Assembly (NCBI GenBank): GCA_042408215.1
Contig: JAYFMW010000010.1
Span: 1-64,000 of the forward strand
Origin: Microcoleus sp.
Lineage (GTDB): Bacteria > Cyanobacteriota > Cyanobacteriia > Cyanobacteriales > Microcoleaceae
DNA length: 64,000 nt
Reading direction: 5' to 3'
Positions 51,701-60,805 of this stretch are shown piece by piece. Each line of letters begins with the position of its first letter. The stretch's first letter is position 1. Below the pieces are notes generated by a model. The model worked only from the letters and a program-made list of their open reading frames with translations. It did not search any database and was not told where the DNA came from. Position numbers and translations under genes: made by a program.

Positions 51701-52285
51701 CTAAACTCTCCCCCACAAAGCCAATCCGCCGCCTCTTCCCCTCGCGGCAATTATCCCATCTTCTACCAGAAAATATGCAAAAAATGCCTGCTTCCCCACA
51801 CTTAAACTCAAAAATTCCGCCTCCCGCCCTTCACCGCCGCGAATGTATCCTTTATATACAGTTTTTCCCAACAACTTCACCGTAATTCTGGTAAAATCAA
51901 AAGCTAAAATATTATTAGGCAAAAACTTAGTCGGCCCGGAAAGAGTCAGTTCCATCGTACCAACTTTTACAGAATTTTCCACTCTGCCAATTTCGCTATT
52001 TTCTTCTCCTTCAGCCACAGGTTCTGCCGCATAAGCAATGGAAATTTTCGCAATCCATTGAGGGATGTAACGTCCAGCACCTAACACAATCCCCGCTTTT
52101 TTTCGAGTCTTTTTCGTGCCGGTGATAAAGCAGAGTTGCCAGTTGCCGGTTAGCTGGTTAAAGGAATAGCGAGTTTTGGTTTTTTTGGCGCTTTTCTCGG
52201 CTGCTAAGAGGGCTGCGACTACAACATCGGCAGATGGTTTAGAATTAGATTTGGCGGCTTGTTCTAGAATAGATGTGGTTTCCAT
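51701..52285 (-). CDS. Hypothetical protein, PAP/fibrillin-like
   Basis: L.G.W.L.F motif; beta-rich; ARGRGGGLALW C-terminus. Confidence 0.7.
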   Translation of the reverse strand: METTSILEQAAKSNSKPSADVVVAALLAAEKSAKKTKTRYSFNQLTGNWQLCFITGTKKTRKKAGIVLGAGRYIPQWIAKISIAYAAEPVAEGEENSEIGRVENSVKVGTMELTLSGPTKFLPNNILAFDFTRITVKLLGKTVYKGYIRGGEGREAEFLSLSVGKQAFFAYFLVEDGIIAARGRGGGLALWGRV

Positions 52286-52320
52286 ATAGAATTAGATAGT
52301 TCGATCGCCCAGAGAGTACC

Positions 52321-54174
52321 GTGCAACCTGTAGACTTTACAACTTTAACCGCCGCTTGCAGCGAACTGCGAGCCGAATGGCTGCCAGCGCGCCTAGAACA
52401 AGTCTATCAGCGCGATCGCTTCACCGTAGCCCTGGCCCTACGCACCATGAAAGGGCGCGGCTGGATCGACGTTTCTTGGCATCCTGTGGCCGCCCGCATC
52501 TGCGTCGGCGACTCCCCACCCCGCATTCCCGATACCTTCACCTTCAGCCAGCAACTGCGCCACCAACTCAGCGGTTTAGCACTGGTTTCGATCGCCCCCA
52601 TTTCCTCCTGGGAAAGAGTCATCGACTTGCAATTCGCCCAACGCCCCGGAGAACCAGCGCTCTGGCATCTCTACGCCGAAATCATCGGCAAATACAGCAA
52701 CGTCATCCTCACCGCCCAAGACAATCTCGTCGTCACCTGCGCCCACCAAGTCAGCGCCAAACAGTCCAGCGTGCGGCCAATCCAAACCGGACAACCCTAC
52801 GAAATGCCCCCCTCGCTGACCGATGCAGCGCCGAGTTTGAGCGAACCTCAAAACCGCTGGCAAGAAAGAATTAGCCTGGTTCCCGGTCAATTACACCGCA
52901 ATCTGCTGAAGAATTACCGAGGGTTGAGTAAGGCGTTAATTTGGTCAATGATTCGATCGGCCAATTTAGACCCAGAACAATCCACCGACAGCCTCAATCC
53001 CGACGACTGGCAGCAACTATTTCACGGCTGGCAACACTGGCTGCTAGCCCTAGAAAACTCAAAATTCCAACCGAGTTTAACAGCCCAAGGCTACACCGTC
53101 ATAGACTGGGCCGCACCAGAAAATAACGCTGTAGGGGTGTCCCGCCCACCCTCTAATTCTTCCCCTCTCTTCCCTTCTTCCTCTTCCCCTCTTCCGACTG
53201 CCATCGGACTGACATCCGTTAAATCCGTTACAGAATCCGTTGCCGAACTTTCTTCTTCCTTCTCTTCCGTCCAAGAATTACTCAACAGTTACTACACAGG
53301 CGAAATCAACCAGCAAGTATTTGCCCAACTGCGGCATCAACTGAGTCAAAAACTCAACAACCTGCTAGCAAAACTGCGCCTCAAAGCCAACACTTTTAAA
53401 GAACGCTTGCAGCAATCAGCCGATGCCGACTTGCACAAATCTCAAGCTGATTTATTGATGGCAAATTTGCAGCAGTGGCAGCCGGGAATGAAATTCATCG
53501 ACCTTCCAGACTTTGAAACCAACGAACCGGTGACTATTCCCCTAAACCTGGAAAAAAACGCCGTTCAAAATGCCCAAGCCCTCTACAAAAAACACCAAAA
53601 ACTTAAAAGAGCTCGCATTGCCGTAGAACCTTTATTAGCCGCTGTACAGGAAGAAATCAACTATTTAGAACAAGTAGAAGCCGCACTTTTGGTATTAGAA
53701 ACTTACCGGAATTCGGCAGATTTGCAAACCCTCGCAGAAATCCGCGAAGAACTGATCCAGCAAAAATATCTAGTTGTACCAGATTATCGCAGTACCGACA
53801 AAAATGCTGCGATCGAATTTCACCGCTACCAAAGCCCCAGCGGCTTTGAATTATTAATCGGGCGCAACAACCGCCAAAACGACCAACTCACTTTTCGCGT
53901 AGCAGGCGACTACGACATCTGGTTTCACACCCTAGAGATTCCCGGAAGCCACGCTTTATTGCGCCTCAAACCCGGTACTGTGGCCCAAGAAGCCGATTTG
54001 CAATTTGCCGCCGACATGGCGGCCTACTACAGTCGCGCCCGCCACAGCGAACAAGTGCCGGTGGTTTATACAAAACCTCAATATGTGTATAAGCCGAAAG
54101 GTGCGAAACCTGGTATGGTTGTATACAAACAGGAGCGGATCGTCTGGGGTCGCCCGCAGCAAGCACGGGCTTAG
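52321..54174 (+). CDS. rqcH: NFACT family ribosome quality-control protein (RqcH/FbpA-like)
   Basis: ERV..L.F, EI.GKYSN..L, NAQ..YK...KLK, IGRNN.QND.L and DIWFH...PGSH motifs. Confidence 0.92.
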   Translation: MQPVDFTTLTAACSELRAEWLPARLEQVYQRDRFTVALALRTMKGRGWIDVSWHPVAARICVGDSPPRIPDTFTFSQQLRHQLSGLALVSIAPISSWERVIDLQFAQRPGEPALWHLYAEIIGKYSNVILTAQDNLVVTCAHQVSAKQSSVRPIQTGQPYEMPPSLTDAAPSLSEPQNRWQERISLVPGQLHRNLLKNYRGLSKALIWSMIRSANLDPEQSTDSLNPDDWQQLFHGWQHWLLALENSKFQPSLTAQGYTVIDWAAPENNAVGVSRPPSNSSPLFPSSSSPLPTAIGLTSVKSVTESVAELSSSFSSVQELLNSYYTGEINQQVFAQLRHQLSQKLNNLLAKLRLKANTFKERLQQSADADLHKSQADLLMANLQQWQPGMKFIDLPDFETNEPVTIPLNLEKNAVQNAQALYKKHQKLKRARIAVEPLLAAVQEEINYLEQVEAALLVLETYRNSADLQTLAEIREELIQQKYLVVPDYRSTDKNAAIEFHRYQSPSGFELLIGRNNRQNDQLTFRVAGDYDIWFHTLEIPGSHALLRLKPGTVAQEADLQFAADMAAYYSRARHSEQVPVVYTKPQYVYKPKGAKPGMVVYKQERIVWGRPQQARA

Positions 54175-54245
54175 TTTATACAAAGTTCGGGCGATCGAGA
54201 TTTGCCACCTCAAAATTTAATTTTGTGTCGAATTGTAAATTTTTA

Positions 54246-54434
54246 TTGCACAAATTAAATTGGGTTGTTAGGATACAACTTTAGAGGGATGATGTATTCC
54301 TGAGAACCCGCCGCGAGGAAACGCGCAGTTTGGGTTTGCTTACTGTGAGAACTGTGAGAACACAGTGAGAGAATTGTCAGAAAACAACGGATTTAACGAT
54401 TGCAGACCAGCTTGATTTCAAGCTGGTCGTTTTT
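54246..54434 (+). ncRNA. Candidate ~155-nt small RNA with its own promoter and terminator
   Basis: TTGCAC-N17-TAGGAT with extended TG; internal stems; GACCAGCTTG/CAAGCTGGTC stem then GTTTTT; no substantial ORF. Confidence 0.5.
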
Positions 54435-54600
54435 GTGGAAACCAGCGACAGCTTGGTGAATGCGGACTCTAACAAGTAGCATTAATTCGTTTGTAGTAAA
54501 GACTTTAGTCCTTAAAAAAGCCGTAGGCTGAGCCAAGGTGCGTCAGTTGTGAGATGGTTGGTTTGTGACAAAAATAATCCGCTGACGGGGCACCCTACTT

Positions 54601-57600
54601 CTACACTGTCACCCCTTCAAGTTTCTCATCTGTCAACTCGTACAAATCGCGCAACTTCTGCAACTTCTCCGCATCCGGCCGCCAAAAACCCCGCCCGTTA
54701 GCCTCCAACATTCGCCCCACAATATTGCGAAAAGCTTCAGGATTTGCCTCCCGCAACTTCAGCGCCATTTCCCGATCCAAAGCATAAGTATCCGCCGCTT
54801 GATTGTAAACCCAACTATCAGTAAAATCCGCCGTTCCCCCCCAACCAATTAACGCCGTCATCCGCTGCGAAATTTCATAAGCACCGCCGGAACCTTGATT
54901 CGCCATCGCCTTGGCCCACTTAGGATTCAGCAACTTAGTTCGATATTCCAAACGCAGCAAATCTTCTAAATTGCGAGGATTTGTATCCTTAGAAAAACTT
55001 TCCACAAAACTGGTATTAACCTTTTTGCCGCGCTGCTTTTCGGCGGCCTTCTTCAAACCCCCAGTATTAGCATAATACTCTTGAATATCAGTCAAACCAT
55101 ATTCAACAGAATCAATTTCTTGAACAATGCGATCGCACCCTTTCAACAATTGAGTCAAAACCTCCGGCCTCGCTTCCCCCTTATCCTGTCTTCCGTAACT
55201 AAAAACATTACGACTTTCCCAAGTTTTCCCCAACTCATCCCCAGAATCCCAACTACCATCAACAACCCGATCGTTAACCAAAGAACCAAAATCGCCAGCC
55301 GGATTAGAAAACAATCTTGCCGCACAATTTTTCACACCTTGTGCTTGCAAAATCAAAGCGTGTTTCCGAATAAAATTATCCGATTCCGGTTCATCAGCCG
55401 CCGCCGCCCGCACAAACAAATCATCCAGCAATTCAATAATATTCACAAAGCTATCTCGAAAAATCCCCGAAAGATTTCCCAACACATCAATCCGGGGATG
55501 ACCAACATCAACTAACGGTTTTAACTCATAGCGAACAATGCGTCCCGTACCTTCTTTAAGAGGTTCAGCCCCCACCAATTCCAGCAAAATGCCGATCGAC
55601 TCCCCGCGCGTTTTAATCGCATCCAAACCCCACAGCATCACCGCCACAGTCTCAGGATAACTTCCCTGTTCAGCAACGTGCTTATCAAGAATTTTCCGAG
55701 CAATTTCGCGCCCTCTTTCAAAAGCAGCAGGAGAAGGCATCCGATAAGGATCTAAAGCATGAATATTCCTGCCAGTTGGCAACACCCCAGGCCCATCCCG
55801 CAACAAATCCCCACCAGGTGCTGGCAGAATATATTCCCCATTCAAACCCCGCAAAAGATTAGTCAACTCATCGGTCGTTTGCAACAACAAATCCCTAACT
55901 AGCAACCCCTCCTCAAAAACCTCACCAAACCCCTCTTCCTCTTCCTCTCTGCGCCCTCTGCGCCTCTGCGGTTCATTTTCTTCAAAAACCAGTTCCCGCA
56001 CCTGTTCCTCCGATAACCTCTCCCCAAAATAAGCCTCAAGATAAGCCCCCATTTCCTCAGAATTAGGAGGTTCACCGAGGACGTGCAAACCAGAAGAAAA
56101 CAAGCGAGATTCAACCACCTGCAAATACTCGTAAAGCTTCACCAAATAGCGATTAAAAGCATCAGCACTGAACAGACACACATTTTCAAAACTAAAAGCA
56201 ATCCCCAACTTGCGAGCATCATCAAACGGACAATCCGCCTCCAAACCGCTATCTAAAATCTTCTGGCAAATAGCCTCCTTCAGCAGATAATTCTTTTCAG
56301 AATCCTCCCGATATTCCGCAATCAAATCCCGCAAAGCCATCAATTCCTTATACAGCCCAGCGCGACCGTAAGGCGGCACATTGTGAGAAATTATAACACC
56401 GTAACCGCGACGTTTTGCTAACATTGATTCCGACGGATTGTTAGCGGCATAGATATAAAGATTCGGCAAACTTCCCAACAAAATATCCGACCAAGAATAG
56501 CCAGTATTTCCCAGAGGAGATCCTGGTAGCCATTCAACAGTGCCGTGCATCCCGAAGTGAACGACAGCATCAGCTTGAAAATGATTTTGCAGCCACTTAT
56601 AAAAAGCAGCATATTGAGGGTGAGGAGTCAAATCGCGATCGAACATTAAGCGCATCGGATCGCCAGAAATGCCCAGCGGTGGCTGCAAACCGATCCAAAT
56701 ATTGCCCAATTGAATGCCGCCGATTTGGAACTCATCGCCATCAGTTTTAATCCCAGTACCAGTGAGAGACTTCCACTGTTTTTCGATGCGACTTGTGAAC
56801 AGATAACCTAGCCATTTTTCGAGAGTTTTGACATTAACAGTATTAACCGCAGATGTAGTTTCATCCGCCTCTTTTACCATGCGAATCAACTCTTCACCAT
56901 CAGCCGGCAAATCTCCCACAGTATAGCCTTGTGCTTTCAGTTTTTGGAGGAAATTCAAGAGCGATTTCGGTACATTAAGTAAAGCCGCCGTACCAGCCGC
57001 ACCGTAACCGGGAGGAAACCCGTAGAGAATAATGGCAATTTTACGTTTAGAAGGCGGAGTTTGCCGTAGTTTCACCCAATTATTAATTCTACTTGTGAGG
57101 CGTTTCAGGCGATCGGGAACCAGATAAATATCCTCACCAACCAAACCACCGAGGGGAATCGGATCGATCGCCCCATCCAACTCAGGCAAAGCATATAATA
57201 CCACACTTTGCAAACCTCCAATCCCCTGACGAGTCCAAGAATAAATATCCTGAATCAGCAAAGGTGCGGAAACAAAATAAGGTACATTTTTAGCAGCCAG
57301 AATTTTTTTAGCAACTTCCACCTGCCGCCCAGCCTCCATCGAACCAGCAGGCCCGCCAACTAGGGGAAAGCCAATAGTAGAAACAATCGCATCTACTTCC
57401 ACAGCATCTTGAGAAAGAGAAAGAGTTTCAATATTACCTTGTTTGCGCCGTGCAGTTTCATCAGCAGTAGTCATCCAATCCCGCACCGCCACATGGCCTT
57501 CAACACCATTGATAAAAATCGGCAAAGGTATAATTCCAGCAGCTTCAAAATAGCGAATCAATTGAGGAATGTAAGGCTGTTTGGTGATGACGTGCTTGCG

Positions 57601-58389
57601 GTAAAGCAAGATTCCCACAACCGGGGATTTTCCTCCGTCCGATTTTTGACACCAATTGGTGTCAAATTTTGTGGGGAGTAGGGGGTGAGAATCTTGCTCG
57701 CCATTATTGGTTTGATGACTTTGATACCAATCCAAATACTCGCGGGGCGATGCAAAATAACCGTCATAGTCTGGATGAAGCAAACCCATATTTGGAGTTT
57801 CCACAGGCGGCGGAATTTCCCCAACCTTCAGCCCCAAATACTTTTCAGCAATTGTCCAAAACATGGACACAACATTATCCGCACCGCCCGCATTCCAGTA
57901 ACCGTAAATAATCAGCCAGTTGCGTAAATCCTGCACTTTTTGCACCGGCACATATTTCAATAACTTCGGGCCAACCTTCAAAAAACTGATGTAACCAGCC
58001 AGCTTATCTTCTTCTCGCCCATTGCCGAATTTATCCAGAATAAACTTAATCGGCTTCGGCATTCCCTTGGGTCGATCGCCAATTTTAAAAGCACCGATTT
58101 GAGTAAGACTCATCAATTCCAAAGCCGACTCAAAAACGAGACGAACAGGGATGTGCTGCACCCTTTCCCGCAGCCACATTACCGCATCGTAATCAAACAA
58201 CAAACTCCCAAAAAACACATCAGCATTTGCGAGGGCGGCGGCTACAGCTTCCGGTTGATCTGCGAGGGCGCGATCGCTAAAAACCAGAACTTCCAAATCC
58301 CGACAGCCAGCAACAGCCAACTGTGCAGCTTTCCGGTACAAATCAGCATTAAAAGATTCAAACCCAGCAATTAAAACAATCCGTTTCAT
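54601..58389 (-). CDS. bchH: Magnesium chelatase subunit H paralog (BchH/ChlH, CobN-related family)
   Basis: STIGFPLVGGPA, HFGMHGTVEWLPG, LPTGRNIHALDP and EYRTKLLNPKW motifs; likely start MKRIVL at 58389. Confidence 0.9.
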   Translation of the reverse strand: MKRIVLIAGFESFNADLYRKAAQLAVAGCRDLEVLVFSDRALADQPEAVAAALANADVFFGSLLFDYDAVMWLRERVQHIPVRLVFESALELMSLTQIGAFKIGDRPKGMPKPIKFILDKFGNGREEDKLAGYISFLKVGPKLLKYVPVQKVQDLRNWLIIYGYWNAGGADNVVSMFWTIAEKYLGLKVGEIPPPVETPNMGLLHPDYDGYFASPREYLDWYQSHQTNNGEQDSHPLLPTKFDTNWCQKSDGGKSPVVGILLYRKHVITKQPYIPQLIRYFEAAGIIPLPIFINGVEGHVAVRDWMTTADETARRKQGNIETLSLSQDAVEVDAIVSTIGFPLVGGPAGSMEAGRQVEVAKKILAAKNVPYFVSAPLLIQDIYSWTRQGIGGLQSVVLYALPELDGAIDPIPLGGLVGEDIYLVPDRLKRLTSRINNWVKLRQTPPSKRKIAIILYGFPPGYGAAGTAALLNVPKSLLNFLQKLKAQGYTVGDLPADGEELIRMVKEADETTSAVNTVNVKTLEKWLGYLFTSRIEKQWKSLTGTGIKTDGDEFQIGGIQLGNIWIGLQPPLGISGDPMRLMFDRDLTPHPQYAAFYKWLQNHFQADAVVHFGMHGTVEWLPGSPLGNTGYSWSDILLGSLPNLYIYAANNPSESMLAKRRGYGVIISHNVPPYGRAGLYKELMALRDLIAEYREDSEKNYLLKEAICQKILDSGLEADCPFDDARKLGIAFSFENVCLFSADAFNRYLVKLYEYLQVVESRLFSSGLHVLGEPPNSEEMGAYLEAYFGERLSEEQVRELVFEENEPQRRRGRREEEEEGFGEVFEEGLLVRDLLLQTTDELTNLLRGLNGEYILPAPGGDLLRDGPGVLPTGRNIHALDPYRMPSPAAFERGREIARKILDKHVAEQGSYPETVAVMLWGLDAIKTRGESIGILLELVGAEPLKEGTGRIVRYELKPLVDVGHPRIDVLGNLSGIFRDSFVNIIELLDDLFVRAAAADEPESDNFIRKHALILQAQGVKNCAARLFSNPAGDFGSLVNDRVVDGSWDSGDELGKTWESRNVFSYGRQDKGEARPEVLTQLLKGCDRIVQEIDSVEYGLTDIQEYYANTGGLKKAAEKQRGKKVNTSFVESFSKDTNPRNLEDLLRLEYRTKLLNPKWAKAMANQGSGGAYEISQRMTALIGWGGTADFTDSWVYNQAADTYALDREMALKLREANPEAFRNIVGRMLEANGRGFWRPDAEKLQKLRDLYELTDEKLEGVTV

Positions 58390-58542
58390 AGCCCAACCTC
58401 GAAATACTTGCTTATTTAAATGATAGAATAACTCTGCTTTCTCTTCCTTCGCGCCCTTCGCGCCTTCGCGGTTCGTCAAATATGTCTTATTAAAGTAAGA
58501 AACGATTAAAATAATCAAACCAATCCAAACACAACTAAAACC

Positions 58543-60297
58543 GTGAAGCAAATTCCTCCCGCAATTATCATATTAGGTCAAAACAGCCAACCGATCGCCC
58601 AAAAAATCTCAGCAGTTCTGCCCGGTTCACTGATTTACGGTTTAGCCGATCGCACTTCCAATACAGACATCTATTTTAGCAACTTCGGCGAAACATTGCG
58701 AGAATTGTTTGCAACAGAAACCCCAATCATCGGCATTTGCGCCGCCGGAATTCTGATCCGCACCCTCGCCCCAATGCTGTCAGACAAACGAGCCGAACCG
58801 CCAGTTTTAGCAGTAGCAGAAGATGGGAGTGCCATTGTACCACTGTTAGGCGGTTTGCACGGGGTGAACGACTTGGCGAGAGAAATTGCCGTCGCCCTGG
58901 GCGTGCAGCCTGCAATTACCACAACCGGAGATATCCGCTTTCGCACCGCGCTGCTGAGTCCTCCCCAAGGCTATTATTTAGCCAATCCAGACGATGCGAA
59001 AACTTTTATTTCAAATTTGCTCGCCGGGGCGAAAGTACGCGTCGAAGGGGCAGCTAGATGGCTTTCCGAGAGCAATTTGCCGATCGCCCCCGAAGCAAAA
59101 TTAACTCTACTGGTAACAGAAAAAGAAGTGTTGCCGACACCAGATTGTTTAGTTTACCATCCGAAAATTGCAGCAGTTGCACTCTCGCAGCTATCGAATA
59201 TTGAGCCAGAAATAGCAGTGTCTTGCGTGCAGCAATTATTGGAAAAAACAGGTTTAGCCGTTGGATCAATTGCGGGATGTTTTGCCTTAAAAGATGAGAT
59301 GGGAAATCCGGCAATTGAGGCAGTTTCAGAATATTTTCAAGTACCCGTCCGTTTTTTCAATCAATCGGAACTGATCGAATTAGACTCAATTGAATTCAGC
59401 GAAAATCAGGTAGCCCAAATCGCGCTGACAGCAGCCGGTGCAAACAGTCAATTAGTCAAGGGCGATCGCACTTTATCCCTGAATTGCGCGATCGCCCTGG
59501 CTGCGGAACCGCTGGATGCAAGTGCGATCGGAATTAGTCGCGGCAAACTGGCGATCGTCGGTACCGGGCCCGGCGCTGCTGCGTGGATGTCCCCAGAAGT
59601 TAAGGAAATTCTGAGAGAAGCCACGGATTGGGTAGGTTACAAGTTTTATCTCGACTTAGCCGGAAGCCTGCGCGAGGGACAACAGCGGCACGATTCCGAC
59701 AACCGGGAAGAGATCGATCGCGCCCGTTTCGCCCTAGATTTAGCAGCAACCGGAAAATCTGTCGCCGTGATTTCGTCAGGAGATCCGGGGATTTTTGCGA
59801 TGGCGGCGGCAGTGTTTGAGGCGATCGAACTCACAGCCAAACCCGAATGGGAGGGCATCGACATCCGGGTTGCACCGGGCATTTCAGCCATGCAGGCGGC
59901 CGCCGCTGCCATCGGAGCACCCCTCGGCCACGATTTTTGCGTGATTTCGCTTTCCGACATTCTCAAGCCTTGGGAGGTCATAGAACAGCGGATTTCGGCG
60001 GCGGCGATCGCAGATTTCGCGATCGCATTTTACAACCCCGTATCAACACAGCGGAAGTGGCAACTCGGAAGAGCGATCGAGATTTTATTGCAGCATCGGG
60101 AAGCTGAAACCCCCGTCATACTAGGGCGCAACCTCGGCCGGCCCGGACAATCCGTGCGCGTTTGCACCCTCGGCGAATTCCAACCGCAAGACGCAGACAT
60201 GAGAACTTTAGTCATAGTCGGTTCAAGTCAGACCCGGATTGTGCCCCGCAAACACGGAGGCCTATGGGTGTACACACCACGCAAGTACAAAAAATGA
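58543..60297 (+). CDS. cobJ: CbiG-CobJ fusion, precorrin-3B C17-methyltransferase
   Basis: GILIR, DK..EPPV and LLGG.HG.N (CbiG) motifs; VGTGPG, SSGDPG.F, LGHDFC.ISLSD and TPR.Y (CobJ) motifs. Confidence 0.94.
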   Translation: MKQIPPAIIILGQNSQPIAQKISAVLPGSLIYGLADRTSNTDIYFSNFGETLRELFATETPIIGICAAGILIRTLAPMLSDKRAEPPVLAVAEDGSAIVPLLGGLHGVNDLAREIAVALGVQPAITTTGDIRFRTALLSPPQGYYLANPDDAKTFISNLLAGAKVRVEGAARWLSESNLPIAPEAKLTLLVTEKEVLPTPDCLVYHPKIAAVALSQLSNIEPEIAVSCVQQLLEKTGLAVGSIAGCFALKDEMGNPAIEAVSEYFQVPVRFFNQSELIELDSIEFSENQVAQIALTAAGANSQLVKGDRTLSLNCAIALAAEPLDASAIGISRGKLAIVGTGPGAAAWMSPEVKEILREATDWVGYKFYLDLAGSLREGQQRHDSDNREEIDRARFALDLAATGKSVAVISSGDPGIFAMAAAVFEAIELTAKPEWEGIDIRVAPGISAMQAAAAAIGAPLGHDFCVISLSDILKPWEVIEQRISAAAIADFAIAFYNPVSTQRKWQLGRAIEILLQHREAETPVILGRNLGRPGQSVRVCTLGEFQPQDADMRTLVIVGSSQTRIVPRKHGGLWVYTPRKYKK

Positions 60298-60539
60298 GTC
60301 CCACAACATTTCTCTCTTTTCTCTTTCTCTGCGCCCTCTGCGCCCTCTGCGGTAAAAAAAAATCTTCTTCACAAAACCCGCCACCAATGAACACTAAATT
60401 ACCAGAAACCATAAACTCACAATCTAATTTGTGCGTAGTTACCTCCTCGACATTCGGCGATTAAAATCGCTTCTTGTCAAACGAAGTCCGCGCAACGCGA
60501 GACCAAGAAATAAAGAGGGTATTTAAGCAAGATTTGGGA

Positions 60540-60659
60540 TCAGACAGATGCCATCCTCACCTTAATCAATAGTTCATTGAGTGCAAAATTTGCATCAGGA
60601 TTAGACGGTAAATGACTTGTACTACTTGCTTGTTCCAATAGATTAACCAGTCGATCGTA
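60540..60659 (-). pseudogene. C-terminal remnant, probably of a second nucleotidyltransferase
   Basis: YDRLVNLLEQASSTSHLPSNPDANFALNELLIKVRMASV*; no start; preceded by REP-like repeats. Confidence 0.55.
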
Positions 60660-60660
60660 C

Positions 60661-60775
60661 TACGAATTTTATGTAGGGTGCGCAATGCGCACTTTATGTA
60701 GGTGCGCATTGCGCACCTTACGAATTTTATTCACCTACTTTATGTAGGGTGCGCAATGCGCACCTTACGAATTTC
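60661..60775. repeat. Three GTAGGGTGCGCAATGCGCAC REP-like hairpins
   Basis: Repeated TTATGTAGG(G)TGCGCAxTGCGCAC units. Confidence 0.88.
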
Positions 60776-60805
60776 ATTCGTCTTATATTTGCTCACTCAC
60801 AACTT

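Noticed and set aside
58390..58551. N-terminal extension of the Mg-chelatase ORF
   Set aside because: Runs through an intergenic repeat and overlaps the divergent cobJ start; MKRIVL at 58389 is the plausible start.
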